A DNA stretch of 64,000 nucleotides from Myxococcota bacterium. Its GTDB lineage: Bacteria > Myxococcota_A > UBA796 > CAJQPC01. Position numbers and translations under genes: made by a program. The stretch spans positions 1 to 64,000 of the forward strand of contig JAZAMN010000016.1 in assembly GCA_036229005.1 (NCBI GenBank). Reading direction: 5' to 3'. The stretch's first letter is position 1. Every line of letters begins with the position of its first letter. The notes beneath the pieces are model-generated. The model ran no database searches, was not told the origin of the DNA, and saw only the letters and a list, made by a program, of their open reading frames with translations. Below are positions 1 through 7,872 of this stretch, one piece after another.

Positions 1-2
1 CA

Positions 3-92
3 ATCCAGAAGACAGGGCAGCCCTACGACCACGACCGCTACGTGCGGCGCTTGAAGGCCAACGGCGTGCCGTGGGCGATGGGCCTTGGGTGA
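3..92 (+). CDS. 3' end of a gene truncated by the window edge, possibly an IS110-family transposase
   Basis: Frame reads IQKTGQPYDHDRYVRRLKANGVPWAMGLG*, which resembles the 'xxPYDxxxYxxxL' C-terminal tail of many IS110 transposases; only 29 codons are visible. Confidence 0.35.
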   Translation: MQKTGQPYDHDRYVRRLKANGVPWAMGLG

Positions 93-121
93 GATTTGGG
101 TGGACGAAACGGTAGTGATGT

Positions 122-325
122 CCGGTCCCCGGTCGCCGGTCGCCGGTCGCCGCCCGACACCAGACCTCCGATACCTGATACCCACCCCGCACCAACGTCG
201 GATGCCACCCCCAAACCGCCCCTTCCACCTACGTCATCGCCGGTCCCCGGCCGCCGGTCGCCAGTCGCCGCCCGACACCTGACCTCCGATACCCGCCCCC
301 TGCACCAGCCGCCAGTCGCCGCCCC
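122..325. repeat. Two ~54-nt direct repeats (122-175, 240-293) built from CCGGTCG-type heptamers, plus a partial third copy
   Basis: ccggtcc-ccggtcg-ccggtcg-ccggtcg-ccgcccgacacc-agacctc-cgatacc versus ccggtcc-ccggccg-ccggtcg-ccagtcg-ccgcccgacacc-tgacctc-cgatacc. Confidence 0.85.
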
Positions 326-327
326 CC

Positions 328-1536
328 TCAGAGCTCCTCCAGCATCGTCCCCGGCAACAAGCCCAGGTTCTGAAACCCCGCCCACGCCAGATGCGCCGCC
401 AAGGCCCCCGGCCGATTGGCCCAGGTGGGCAGGCGGGCGGGCTCCAGGATCAGGCCCTGCTCAAAGGCGTGCTCCAGGTCGCGGGCGTCGCCCAGGGTCC
501 AGCGGCCCGCGAAGAGGCGGCGGGGGAGCTGCATGCGCCCGGCGCGGAAGGCCTCGACCAGGAAGGTGTGCACCCGTACCAGGCCGGCCAGGTAGGCGCA
601 GTCCTTGGTGAACACGACGCCCCCGGTGGCGGCGCCCCCGCGGAAGATGCGGGCGGCGGACAGGTAGCACTCCTCTTCGTCCTGGCCGTGGGTGCGGAAG
701 AGCTCGACGACCTCGGCGAACCCGGCGCCCTCGAGCGCGGCTTGCACCGCCAGCACGCGCACAGCGACCCGGCGCAGGCGGCGGTGGTCCATGGTGTCGG
801 TGATCAGCTCGGCGAAGGTGGCCAGCCCCTCCTGGTCCCGCGTGGTGCGCGGCGAGCTCAGGCCCATGGCGCTCAGCACCGGCTGGTCCTGGCCGTTGCG
901 CTTGGTGGCGCTGTGGACGTGGGCTTCGTGCTCCAGGAGCTGCTCCAGGATCTGCACGTTGAAGCGCGCGTCGTGCCGCAGACGGATGCGCGCAGAGCCG
1001 GCCGTGGCCTTGGCGGAGATCTTCTTGGAGACCTGCACGGGCAGGGGGTCGGGGAACTCGGCCAGCGCGCGCTGCAGCCAGTCCTGGGCCTGGTGGGCGT
1101 CCATGTCCAAGGGCGGGTCGGGGATCTGGAGCTGCGCGGTCACATCCAGGAAGTGGAGCGCAGCCTCCAGGTGCGAGGGGGCGCCCGGGTGCACGCGGTC
1201 GGTGGGTGCACCAAAGAGCCGCTTGGAGAGCGCCGTGAACAGGGGCTCGCCCTGCGCAGCGAGGAGATCGATCTGGTCGATGTAGGAGCGGGCGGTCTCC
1301 GACAGGAAGCGCCCCAGGGGGTCGTGGGTGTCGATCTCCCCGGCCAGCGCGACCAAGGCCTCCCGCTCAGCGTGGAGCTCGGGCACCCGCAGCTCGATGG
1401 CGGGCAGGTGGCCGTGCTGCTGCCAGTGGGTGCGCACGCTGTCGTCCCAGGACAGGATGGAGAGCAGGCGCACGGAGCCCACGATCCGCACCAGGCGGCG
1501 ATCCCAGTCCTGAAGGCGCTCCCGGCGGGCGCTCAC
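328..1536 (-). CDS. QEGLA-motif (DUF1704 / MATCAP-like) metallocarboxypeptidase
   Basis: HEAHVH (HExxxH) and TTRDQEGLATFAE motifs, FTKD..YL.G; GTG start overlaps the upstream stop (GTGA). Confidence 0.9.
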   Translation of the reverse strand: MSARRERLQDWDRRLVRIVGSVRLLSILSWDDSVRTHWQQHGHLPAIELRVPELHAEREALVALAGEIDTHDPLGRFLSETARSYIDQIDLLAAQGEPLFTALSKRLFGAPTDRVHPGAPSHLEAALHFLDVTAQLQIPDPPLDMDAHQAQDWLQRALAEFPDPLPVQVSKKISAKATAGSARIRLRHDARFNVQILEQLLEHEAHVHSATKRNGQDQPVLSAMGLSSPRTTRDQEGLATFAELITDTMDHRRLRRVAVRVLAVQAALEGAGFAEVVELFRTHGQDEEECYLSAARIFRGGAATGGVVFTKDCAYLAGLVRVHTFLVEAFRAGRMQLPRRLFAGRWTLGDARDLEHAFEQGLILEPARLPTWANRPGALAAHLAWAGFQNLGLLPGTMLEEL

Positions 1537-2339
1537 TGGGGCCGCACCAACAAGCTGGCGCCGTCCTGCACGCCGTCCTCGATCCGCCAGGCGTTGTCGC
1601 TGGGTTCGGCGTCGTTGATGCCCACGCTGATCACGCCCGCGCTGGGGGCGGTCCACCGCAGCTCCCCGCCGGCCTCGATGTACTGGGTGGCCCCGCCGTC
1701 CTCGGGCTCGAAGCGCAGGATGAGCTTGCCGTGGGTGCAGGTGGGGCAGAGGTGCTCGGGGGTCGGCGCGGTGCTCGAGTCGCCCTCGACGGTGAGCAGG
1801 GGGCCGTCAGCGCTCAGGCGGAACTGCTGGGTGGCGTCGGTCTGCAGCAGGATGTCCTCGCCGGCGCAGATGGGCAGCTCGAGTTGCCAGGCGCCCGAGA
1901 GGTCCAGCGGTGCGGTCGTCTCCTCGAAGGGCTCCGGACAGGCCTCCTCCTTGAGCGCCCGATGCAGGTCCTCCACCCAGGAGCCCCAGGCCGCGGTGTT
2001 GCCCCCGGGGGCCATGGCGATCTGGCAGTGCTCCAGGTTCTCGGCGGCGACAGCGGGCACGCGGTCCAGGTCGGCCAGCAGCAGGGCCTCGGTCTCCTGG
2101 ACGCGCTCGGCGCCAAAGTCCACGCCGTCCCGCCGCACGCCCGCCCACTGCAGGGCCATGTTGCGGACGCTGTCGCGGAGCTGCTTGTCGCGCAGGGCGG
2201 GGTCGGCCACAGCGCCAAAGTCCGGGGCCACGAAGCAGGCGGCCCGGTCGCCGTCGCGGGTGTGCCAGCCCACCAGGGAGTCGGCGGCGCTCTCGGGGGT
2301 GGCCTTGGGGCCGCAGGACATCAGCAAGAACCAGAACAT
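1533..2339 (-). CDS. Hypothetical lipoprotein
   Basis: MFWFLLMSCG short signal with Cys; C-terminal 'L.WTAP.AG.ISVGIND...SDN' beta-sandwich-like segment; GGAG upstream. Confidence 0.7.
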   Translation of the reverse strand: MFWFLLMSCGPKATPESAADSLVGWHTRDGDRAACFVAPDFGAVADPALRDKQLRDSVRNMALQWAGVRRDGVDFGAERVQETEALLLADLDRVPAVAAENLEHCQIAMAPGGNTAAWGSWVEDLHRALKEEACPEPFEETTAPLDLSGAWQLELPICAGEDILLQTDATQQFRLSADGPLLTVEGDSSTAPTPEHLCPTCTHGKLILRFEPEDGGATQYIEAGGELRWTAPSAGVISVGINDAEPSDNAWRIEDGVQDGASLLVRPQ

Positions 2340-2379
2340 GTGCACTCCGAGCGGGTGTACCCTATCCCGAGGAGGCGCC

Positions 2380-2970
2380 ATGACCCGCTCGCTCACCCCC
2401 CTTCTGCTGCTGACGCTGGTGGCCTGCACAAAGGACGGCGCCGCCCAGGACAGCCACACGGGGGAGGAGGAGGAGCCGGAGCCCGTCGAGCTCGTGTGTG
2501 CACAGGCCGGGGTCGATGTGCCCATCTCCACGGGTCTCTGGTCGGCTGGCATCGACGAGGCCCTGCTGAATGACTGCGAGAACAGCGCCGGCAAGGGCCT
2601 GCACATCCACGTGGGCGAGAACACCATGCTGGACGTGGACGGCAGCGCGCTGCCCACCCTGGTGATGGTGTCCGACCCCGGCAGCGAGCAGACCATGGAG
2701 ATGACCGGCAGCCAGGACGGCGAGGACTTCTCGGTGACCGGCACCGTGGAGCTGGAGATCGGCACCTGCATCGTCGGGATCGAGGCCACCCTGACCGGCC
2801 GCATGACCGGCCAGGAGAGCTTCTGCTACCGCATGGACGCGACCGCGGACATCGCCGAGGAGCTCTCGCCCGACGCCTGCAGCCTGATCATCGGGGACAC
2901 CGAGAACCACACCTTCCCCAAGCTGCCCTGCGATCAGGCCTGGCAGGGCACCGCCAGCCCCGCCCCCTGA
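2380..2970 (+). CDS. Hypothetical lipoprotein
   Basis: GGAGG RBS; MTRSLTPLLLLTLVAC lipobox; GC3-rich codons. Confidence 0.8.
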   Translation: MTRSLTPLLLLTLVACTKDGAAQDSHTGEEEEPEPVELVCAQAGVDVPISTGLWSAGIDEALLNDCENSAGKGLHIHVGENTMLDVDGSALPTLVMVSDPGSEQTMEMTGSQDGEDFSVTGTVELEIGTCIVGIEATLTGRMTGQESFCYRMDATADIAEELSPDACSLIIGDTENHTFPKLPCDQAWQGTASPAP

Positions 2971-3105
2971 GCGCTGAGTCCGACACGGCGGGGTGACGGG
3001 AGCAGAACGCTCCTTCCACTCCCATGACTCTGGACCGATGGGCACTTTACTTCCGCGCGCGTTTACGGCAAAACAGGCGCAGACGGGAAGTAGAAAGGCT
3101 TTCAC

Positions 3106-4083
3106 TTGCTCTTGTTGTGGCTCAACATCGCCTGCGTCCCCCAGGTGACGCCCCCGACCCCCGCCAAGGCGCTGGCGGGCTGGTGGGAGAAGACCGCTCC
3201 GTGTCCGGACGGGGCCAGCCTGCAGGGCGCCGCGCCGCCCGTGGGCGCCCGGGTGTGGTGCGAGGTCCGCGACGGAGAGCTGGTCACCCCCCACGGCCGG
3301 GAGACCGGGTTCTGGGAGAGCGGCACGGTGCGCTACGAGCGGCGCTGGGAGAGCGGCCACTACGACGGCGCCTACAAGGCCTGGTACCCCGACGGCCGCC
3401 TGGAGGTGGAGGGGCACTTTGACCGCGACGCGCAGACAGGCACCTGGCGCTGGTACTACCCGGAGGGCGGCCTCAAGACGGTGGACCACTTCGTGGACGG
3501 GGCGCTGCACGGCGTCTCCCTGCGCTACTACCCCGACGGGACCAAGGCCTTTGAGCGCCCCTACGCCCACGGACAGCTCCACGGCACCGCCTACGCCTGG
3601 GACCAGCAGGGCCAGCTCCTGGGCACCATGGAGCTTCACGACGGCACCGGCCCCTTCCGCGAGTGGCGGCCCGACGGCAGCAAGGTGGTCGAGGGCGCCT
3701 ACCTGGAGGGCGCCGAGCACGGCGAGTGGCGCTGGTACAGCCCCGCCGGGGCGCTGGTCTCCGTGGAGCACTACGACCGCGGCGCCATGCACGGGGACTT
3801 TGTGTTCTACGACCCCCAGGGCCAGGAGCTGGGCCGCTTCGAGATGGACCAGGGCAGCGGGGTCTGGCGCGGCTGGCACGACGACACGGGCGCCTTGGCC
3901 GCAGAGGGCCCCATGGTCCAAGGCATGCGCGATGGCACCTGGACCTACTACGACCCCCAGGGCACGCCCTACCTGCAGCAGCAGTGGGCCCTGGACCAGG
4001 TGCTGAGCGAGCGCTCCTTGCAGGACACCGAGCCCGACCTCGCCGTCACCACGGAGCCTGACGGCCCTGTCGAGAGCGAGTAG
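3106..4083 (+). CDS. MORN-variant repeat (YwqK-like) exported protein
   Basis: Repeated 'G.W..YYP.G....EG.Y..G...G' units; N-terminal hydrophobic segment ending in Cys. Confidence 0.85.
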   Translation: MLLLWLNIACVPQVTPPTPAKALAGWWEKTAPCPDGASLQGAAPPVGARVWCEVRDGELVTPHGRETGFWESGTVRYERRWESGHYDGAYKAWYPDGRLEVEGHFDRDAQTGTWRWYYPEGGLKTVDHFVDGALHGVSLRYYPDGTKAFERPYAHGQLHGTAYAWDQQGQLLGTMELHDGTGPFREWRPDGSKVVEGAYLEGAEHGEWRWYSPAGALVSVEHYDRGAMHGDFVFYDPQGQELGRFEMDQGSGVWRGWHDDTGALAAEGPMVQGMRDGTWTYYDPQGTPYLQQQWALDQVLSERSLQDTEPDLAVTTEPDGPVESE

Positions 4084-4092
4084 GTTCCAGCG

Positions 4093-5202
4093 GTGCACCG
4101 CCGCATCCTCCACATCGACATGGACGCCTTCTTCGCGTCCGTTGAGCAGCGCGACAACCCGGAGCTGCGCGGTCGCCCCATCGTGGTCGGTGGACGCCCC
4201 GGTGGGCGCGGGGTGGTGGCCGCCGCCAGCTACGAGGCGCGGGCCTTTGGGGTGCGCAGCGCGATGCCCGCGTCCCGGGCCGCCCGACTCTGCCCGGACC
4301 TGATCTTCGTGAAGCCGAGGTTCTCCCGGTACAAGGAGGTCAGTGGGCACATCTTCTCGATCTTCCGGAGGTGGTCGGACCAGGTGGAGGGCCTGTCCCT
4401 CGACGAGGCATTCGTTGACGCGACGGACAACCGCTTCGGGGAGCCCAGCGGCACCCGCGTGGCCCAGGCCATCCGGCAGGCGATCCGCCAGGAGACCGGG
4501 CTGACGGCCTCCGCCGGGGTGGCGCCGGTCAAGTTCGTCGCCAAGATCGCCAGCGACTTCAACAAGCCCGACGGCCTGACCGTGGTGCCCCCCGACCAGG
4601 TCCTGGCCTTCATCCACCCCCTCCCCGTCGAGAAGCTCTGGGGCGTGGGGCCGGCCACCGCCGAGCGCCTCCACGCCGTCGGTCTGCGCACCATCGGCCA
4701 GATCCACGAGCGCCCCGAGCACCTGCTGATCGAGCAGCTCGGCCGCCGCACCGGCACCTGGCTCGCCACCCTCGCCCGCGGGGAGGATCCCCGCCCCGTC
4801 CGCCAGCGCAAAGGACGCAAGTCCGTGAGCGCCGAGCGCACCTTCGCCGAGGACGTGCACTCCGTCACCGAGCTCGAGGCCACCCTGGCCGAGCAGGCCG
4901 AGCGGGTGGCCAGCACCCTGGAGGCCAAGGGCCTGTGGGCGGGCACCGTGGTGCTCAAGCTGCGCTACGAGGACTTCTCCACGATCACCCGCAGCCTCAC
5001 GCCGCCCCGCCCGGTGTGCAGCGCGGAGGAGCTGCTGGCGGCCGGCATGGACCTGCTGGGGCGCACCGAAGCGGGGCAGCGTCCCGTGCGCCTGATCGGC
5101 CTGGGGGCCTCCAAGCTGGGGGGTGCGCCCAGCCAGCCTGAGGGGCGGCAGCTCGCCCTTCCCCTGTCCTCGCCTGCAAGCAGAGCTTCTACAATGGGCT
5201 AG
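4093..5202 (+). CDS. dinB: DNA polymerase IV (Y family)
   Basis: HIDMDAFFASVE, ASYEARAFGVRSAM, SLDEAF, KIASDFNKPDG, WGVGP, RKSVSAERTF. Confidence 0.97.
   Translation: MHRRILHIDMDAFFASVEQRDNPELRGRPIVVGGRPGGRGVVAAASYEARAFGVRSAMPASRAARLCPDLIFVKPRFSRYKEVSGHIFSIFRRWSDQVEGLSLDEAFVDATDNRFGEPSGTRVAQAIRQAIRQETGLTASAGVAPVKFVAKIASDFNKPDGLTVVPPDQVLAFIHPLPVEKLWGVGPATAERLHAVGLRTIGQIHERPEHLLIEQLGRRTGTWLATLARGEDPRPVRQRKGRKSVSAERTFAEDVHSVTELEATLAEQAERVASTLEAKGLWAGTVVLKLRYEDFSTITRSLTPPRPVCSAEELLAAGMDLLGRTEAGQRPVRLIGLGASKLGGAPSQPEGRQLALPLSSPASRASTMG
5190..5195 (+). promoter_or_regulatory. Putative sigma70-type -10 element (TACAAT) for the radical SAM pair
   Basis: Near-consensus TACAAT in very GC-rich DNA, 33 nt upstream of the GTG start, with a GGAGG RBS in between. 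Confidence 0.45.
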
Positions 5203-5227
5203 TGGAAGGCCCAGCCCAGGAGGTGGG

Positions 5228-6760
5228 GTGCCTCGTGAGACCCGCATCGCCGTCGTCAGCCTCTACGCCTTGGAGAACAATGGCGTGCGGCACGTCGCCT
5301 CGTCCTTGCGCGAGGCGGGCTTCGACGTGGTCGAGGTCTACTTCAAGGACTGGGTCAACAACCGCTTCCCCTGGCCCACCGAGACCGAGGTCCAGAACCT
5401 GATCCAGCTCCTGCGGGAGCAGCGGATCGACGTGATCGGGCTCAGCGTGCGGGCCAGCGCCTTCCACCGCATGGCCAAGTACATCACCCAGCGGCTGCGG
5501 GCGGAGCTGGAGAAGCCCATTCTGTGGGGAGGAATGCACCCAACCTTCATGCCCCAGATGTGCATCGAGATCGCGGACATGATCGCCATCGGCGAGGTCG
5601 ACCATGCCGTCGTCGACTTCTTCGAGGCCTGGGACGCTGGGCGCTCCGTCCGGGAGGTGCCCGGCTTCTGGGTGCGCGAGGGCGACACGGTCTACCGCAA
5701 CGACATCGCCCCCCTGGTGGACCTGGACGACATCCCCTTCCGGGACTTCCACACCCAGGACGACAAGTGGCACGTGGAGGGGGAGAAGGTCACCCAGGGA
5801 GACCCCTTCATCACCAACCCCGAGTACACCATCCTGGCCAGCCGGGGCTGCCCCTACTGGACCTGCACCTTCTGCTCGAACACCCTGACCAAGCCCCTGT
5901 ACGAGGGCAAGGGCAAGAGCTTCCGCGTGCGATCCGTCGAGCACCTGATCCAGGAGATGGAGTACGCCAAGCAGCTCTGCCCGGACATCAAGGTCGTGCG
6001 CTTTGACGACGAGGTCTTCCCCATCCGCAAGGACTGGATCAAGGAGCTCTCCGAGAAGTGGCCCGAGCGCGTGGGCATCCCCTTCGAGGTGCTGGTCGAC
6101 CCGCGCATGGTGCGCCTGGAGCCCCTGCAGCAGCTCAAGGACGCCGGCCTGCGCGCCATCTGCATGGGCATCCAGGCCAACGAGCGGGTGAACCAGGAGT
6201 TCTACAACCGCCAGACCACCAACCAGCAGATCATCGACAGCCAGTCGGTGTTCCGGCAGATCGGCATCACCGCCAACCTGCAGATCATCTGGGACGACCC
6301 GGTCTCCACCGAAGAGGACAAGGACCAGCTCTTCCACATGATCATGGAGCTGGAGCGGCCCTTTGAGCTCTACCTGTTCGGCCTGACCATCTACCCGGGC
6401 ACCCACCTGGCCCGGCGGCTGCTGCGCGAGGGCCGCATCTCGGAAGAGCACATCGAGGGCATCAACACCCACGCCTTCGAGCAGTTCCGGGTGGACCTGA
6501 ACTACCCGCGGCCCAAAGCCGACAAGCGCTGGCTGGCGCTGATCGTGCTCTCCAACAAGCCCTTCATCCCCAAGTCGCTGGTCTGGAAGCTCTACCACTC
6601 CGAGCGCTTCAAGCAGGACCCCGAGCCCCTGGTGCAGCTCGCGCAGGCCGCCAACCTCTTGCGCCTGGGGACCGTCGCCAGCGAGATGGCGCTCAACGGC
6701 GAGCTGACCTGGCTGCTGCTCAAGCGCTGGGTGAATCCCCAGTCCATGGTGACCATGTGA
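5228..6760 (+). CDS. Cobalamin-binding (class B-like) radical SAM enzyme
   Basis: N-terminal B12-binding domain (WGGMHPT, IGEVD); SRGCPYWTCTFC cluster motif; RVRSVEHLIQE, FDDEVF, YPGT. Confidence 0.9.
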   Translation: MPRETRIAVVSLYALENNGVRHVASSLREAGFDVVEVYFKDWVNNRFPWPTETEVQNLIQLLREQRIDVIGLSVRASAFHRMAKYITQRLRAELEKPILWGGMHPTFMPQMCIEIADMIAIGEVDHAVVDFFEAWDAGRSVREVPGFWVREGDTVYRNDIAPLVDLDDIPFRDFHTQDDKWHVEGEKVTQGDPFITNPEYTILASRGCPYWTCTFCSNTLTKPLYEGKGKSFRVRSVEHLIQEMEYAKQLCPDIKVVRFDDEVFPIRKDWIKELSEKWPERVGIPFEVLVDPRMVRLEPLQQLKDAGLRAICMGIQANERVNQEFYNRQTTNQQIIDSQSVFRQIGITANLQIIWDDPVSTEEDKDQLFHMIMELERPFELYLFGLTIYPGTHLARRLLREGRISEEHIEGINTHAFEQFRVDLNYPRPKADKRWLALIVLSNKPFIPKSLVWKLYHSERFKQDPEPLVQLAQAANLLRLGTVASEMALNGELTWLLLKRWVNPQSMVTM

Positions 6761-7845
6761 AGCGCCGCGAGCAGCTCGTCCAGGGCCTCCACACCACCCG
6801 GCGCCGGGCGCTGGCCTGGCGGAATGTGGCCCGCAGCGCGACCTACCGGCGCATCCGGCCGGACTGGGTGCCGCGCCCCCACGCCGGGCACCTGATCGTG
6901 ACCTTCAAATGCAACCTCAAGTGCCTGGGGTGCGGCTCCTGGAAGGTCCGGGACCACGATGACCTCACGACCGAGCAGTGGCTCGCCACCTTCGAGCAGC
7001 TCCGCTCGCTGGACGTGGTCAAGATCCTGGGCGGTGAGCCCATGGTGCGCAAGGACCTGGCGCAGCTCCTCACCGGCGTCCGCGAGATCATCGACCCCTA
7101 CGTCCTGCAGCTCACCACCAACGGCATGATGACCGAGCGCACCCTGGAGGTCATCCACGCGGTGGCCTGGCCCGGCCTGCAGCTCCGCATCTCCGTGGAC
7201 GGCACCGAGCCCACCCACGACCGCATGCGCGGGGTGGTCGGCTCCTGGGCCAAGGTCAACGAGACGGTCCAGGCCGTGTCCAAGCTCCAGGACCGCTACG
7301 GCTTCAAGTTCGGCATCAACTTCGCGGTGACCGACGAGAGCTTCCAGGACTTCGACGCCATGGTGGACTACGCCGCGGCGGCCGGCGCCGACCTGATCCC
7401 GGGCGTCAACGTCGACCCCTTCTTGGTGGGCACCGTGCCCCCCGAGATCCGCATGCAGCAGGTCATCATGCTCCAGGACCCCGCGGCCGCCCTGGCCCGC
7501 CTGGAGGACCACCGCGTGGGCACCAAGCGCGAGCTGCCCGTGGTGGACCACCTGATCTCCCGCTTTTTGACCAAGCGGACCTTCGAGCACCAGATCGAGC
7601 GCAAGCAGCACCAGTTCGTCTGCCGCGAGCTGCGCGATCTGCTCTACCTGCTGCCCAACGGCGACGTGGTCCGCTGCGGCATGGACCACGAGCCCATCGG
7701 GAACGTCAAGCGCCAGGCCTTCGACGACATCTGGTTCGGCGAGTCCATGAACGCCTACCGCCAGAAGGTCGACGACTGCCCGGGCTGCCTGCAGGCCAGC
7801 GTGCAGATCTTGAGCCGGGTGTATGGCGGGTGCCTGGACGCCTGA
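6757..7845 (+). CDS. Radical SAM enzyme with SPASM/twitch domain
   Basis: CNLKCLGC, GGEP, TTNG, ISVDG...HDRMRG; C-terminal C...PNGDVVRC...IGNV...CPGC; GTGA overlap with the upstream gene. Confidence 0.92.
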   Translation: MKRREQLVQGLHTTRRRALAWRNVARSATYRRIRPDWVPRPHAGHLIVTFKCNLKCLGCGSWKVRDHDDLTTEQWLATFEQLRSLDVVKILGGEPMVRKDLAQLLTGVREIIDPYVLQLTTNGMMTERTLEVIHAVAWPGLQLRISVDGTEPTHDRMRGVVGSWAKVNETVQAVSKLQDRYGFKFGINFAVTDESFQDFDAMVDYAAAAGADLIPGVNVDPFLVGTVPPEIRMQQVIMLQDPAAALARLEDHRVGTKRELPVVDHLISRFLTKRTFEHQIERKQHQFVCRELRDLLYLLPNGDVVRCGMDHEPIGNVKRQAFDDIWFGESMNAYRQKVDDCPGCLQASVQILSRVYGGCLDA

Positions 7846-7872
7846 TAGTCTGCTTCCCGACAGGAGCGGACG

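Noticed and set aside
122..325. Possible CRISPR array
   Set aside because: Only two full repeats, internally heptameric, and no cas genes in the window.
328..1536. Functional link between the QEGLA carboxypeptidase (or the amidoligase) and the PGA locus
   Set aside because: Over 30-40 kb away with many unrelated genes between; no sequence evidence of linkage.
3106..4083. Toxin-antitoxin system implied by the YwqK-like repeats
   Set aside because: No adjacent toxin gene; MORN-variant repeats are common in exported proteins.
2971..5227. LexA box or SOS cassette around dinB, or a cobalamin riboswitch before the B12 enzyme
   Set aside because: No recognisable operator, no imuA/imuB/dnaE2, and only 25 nt of intergenic space before the radical SAM gene.
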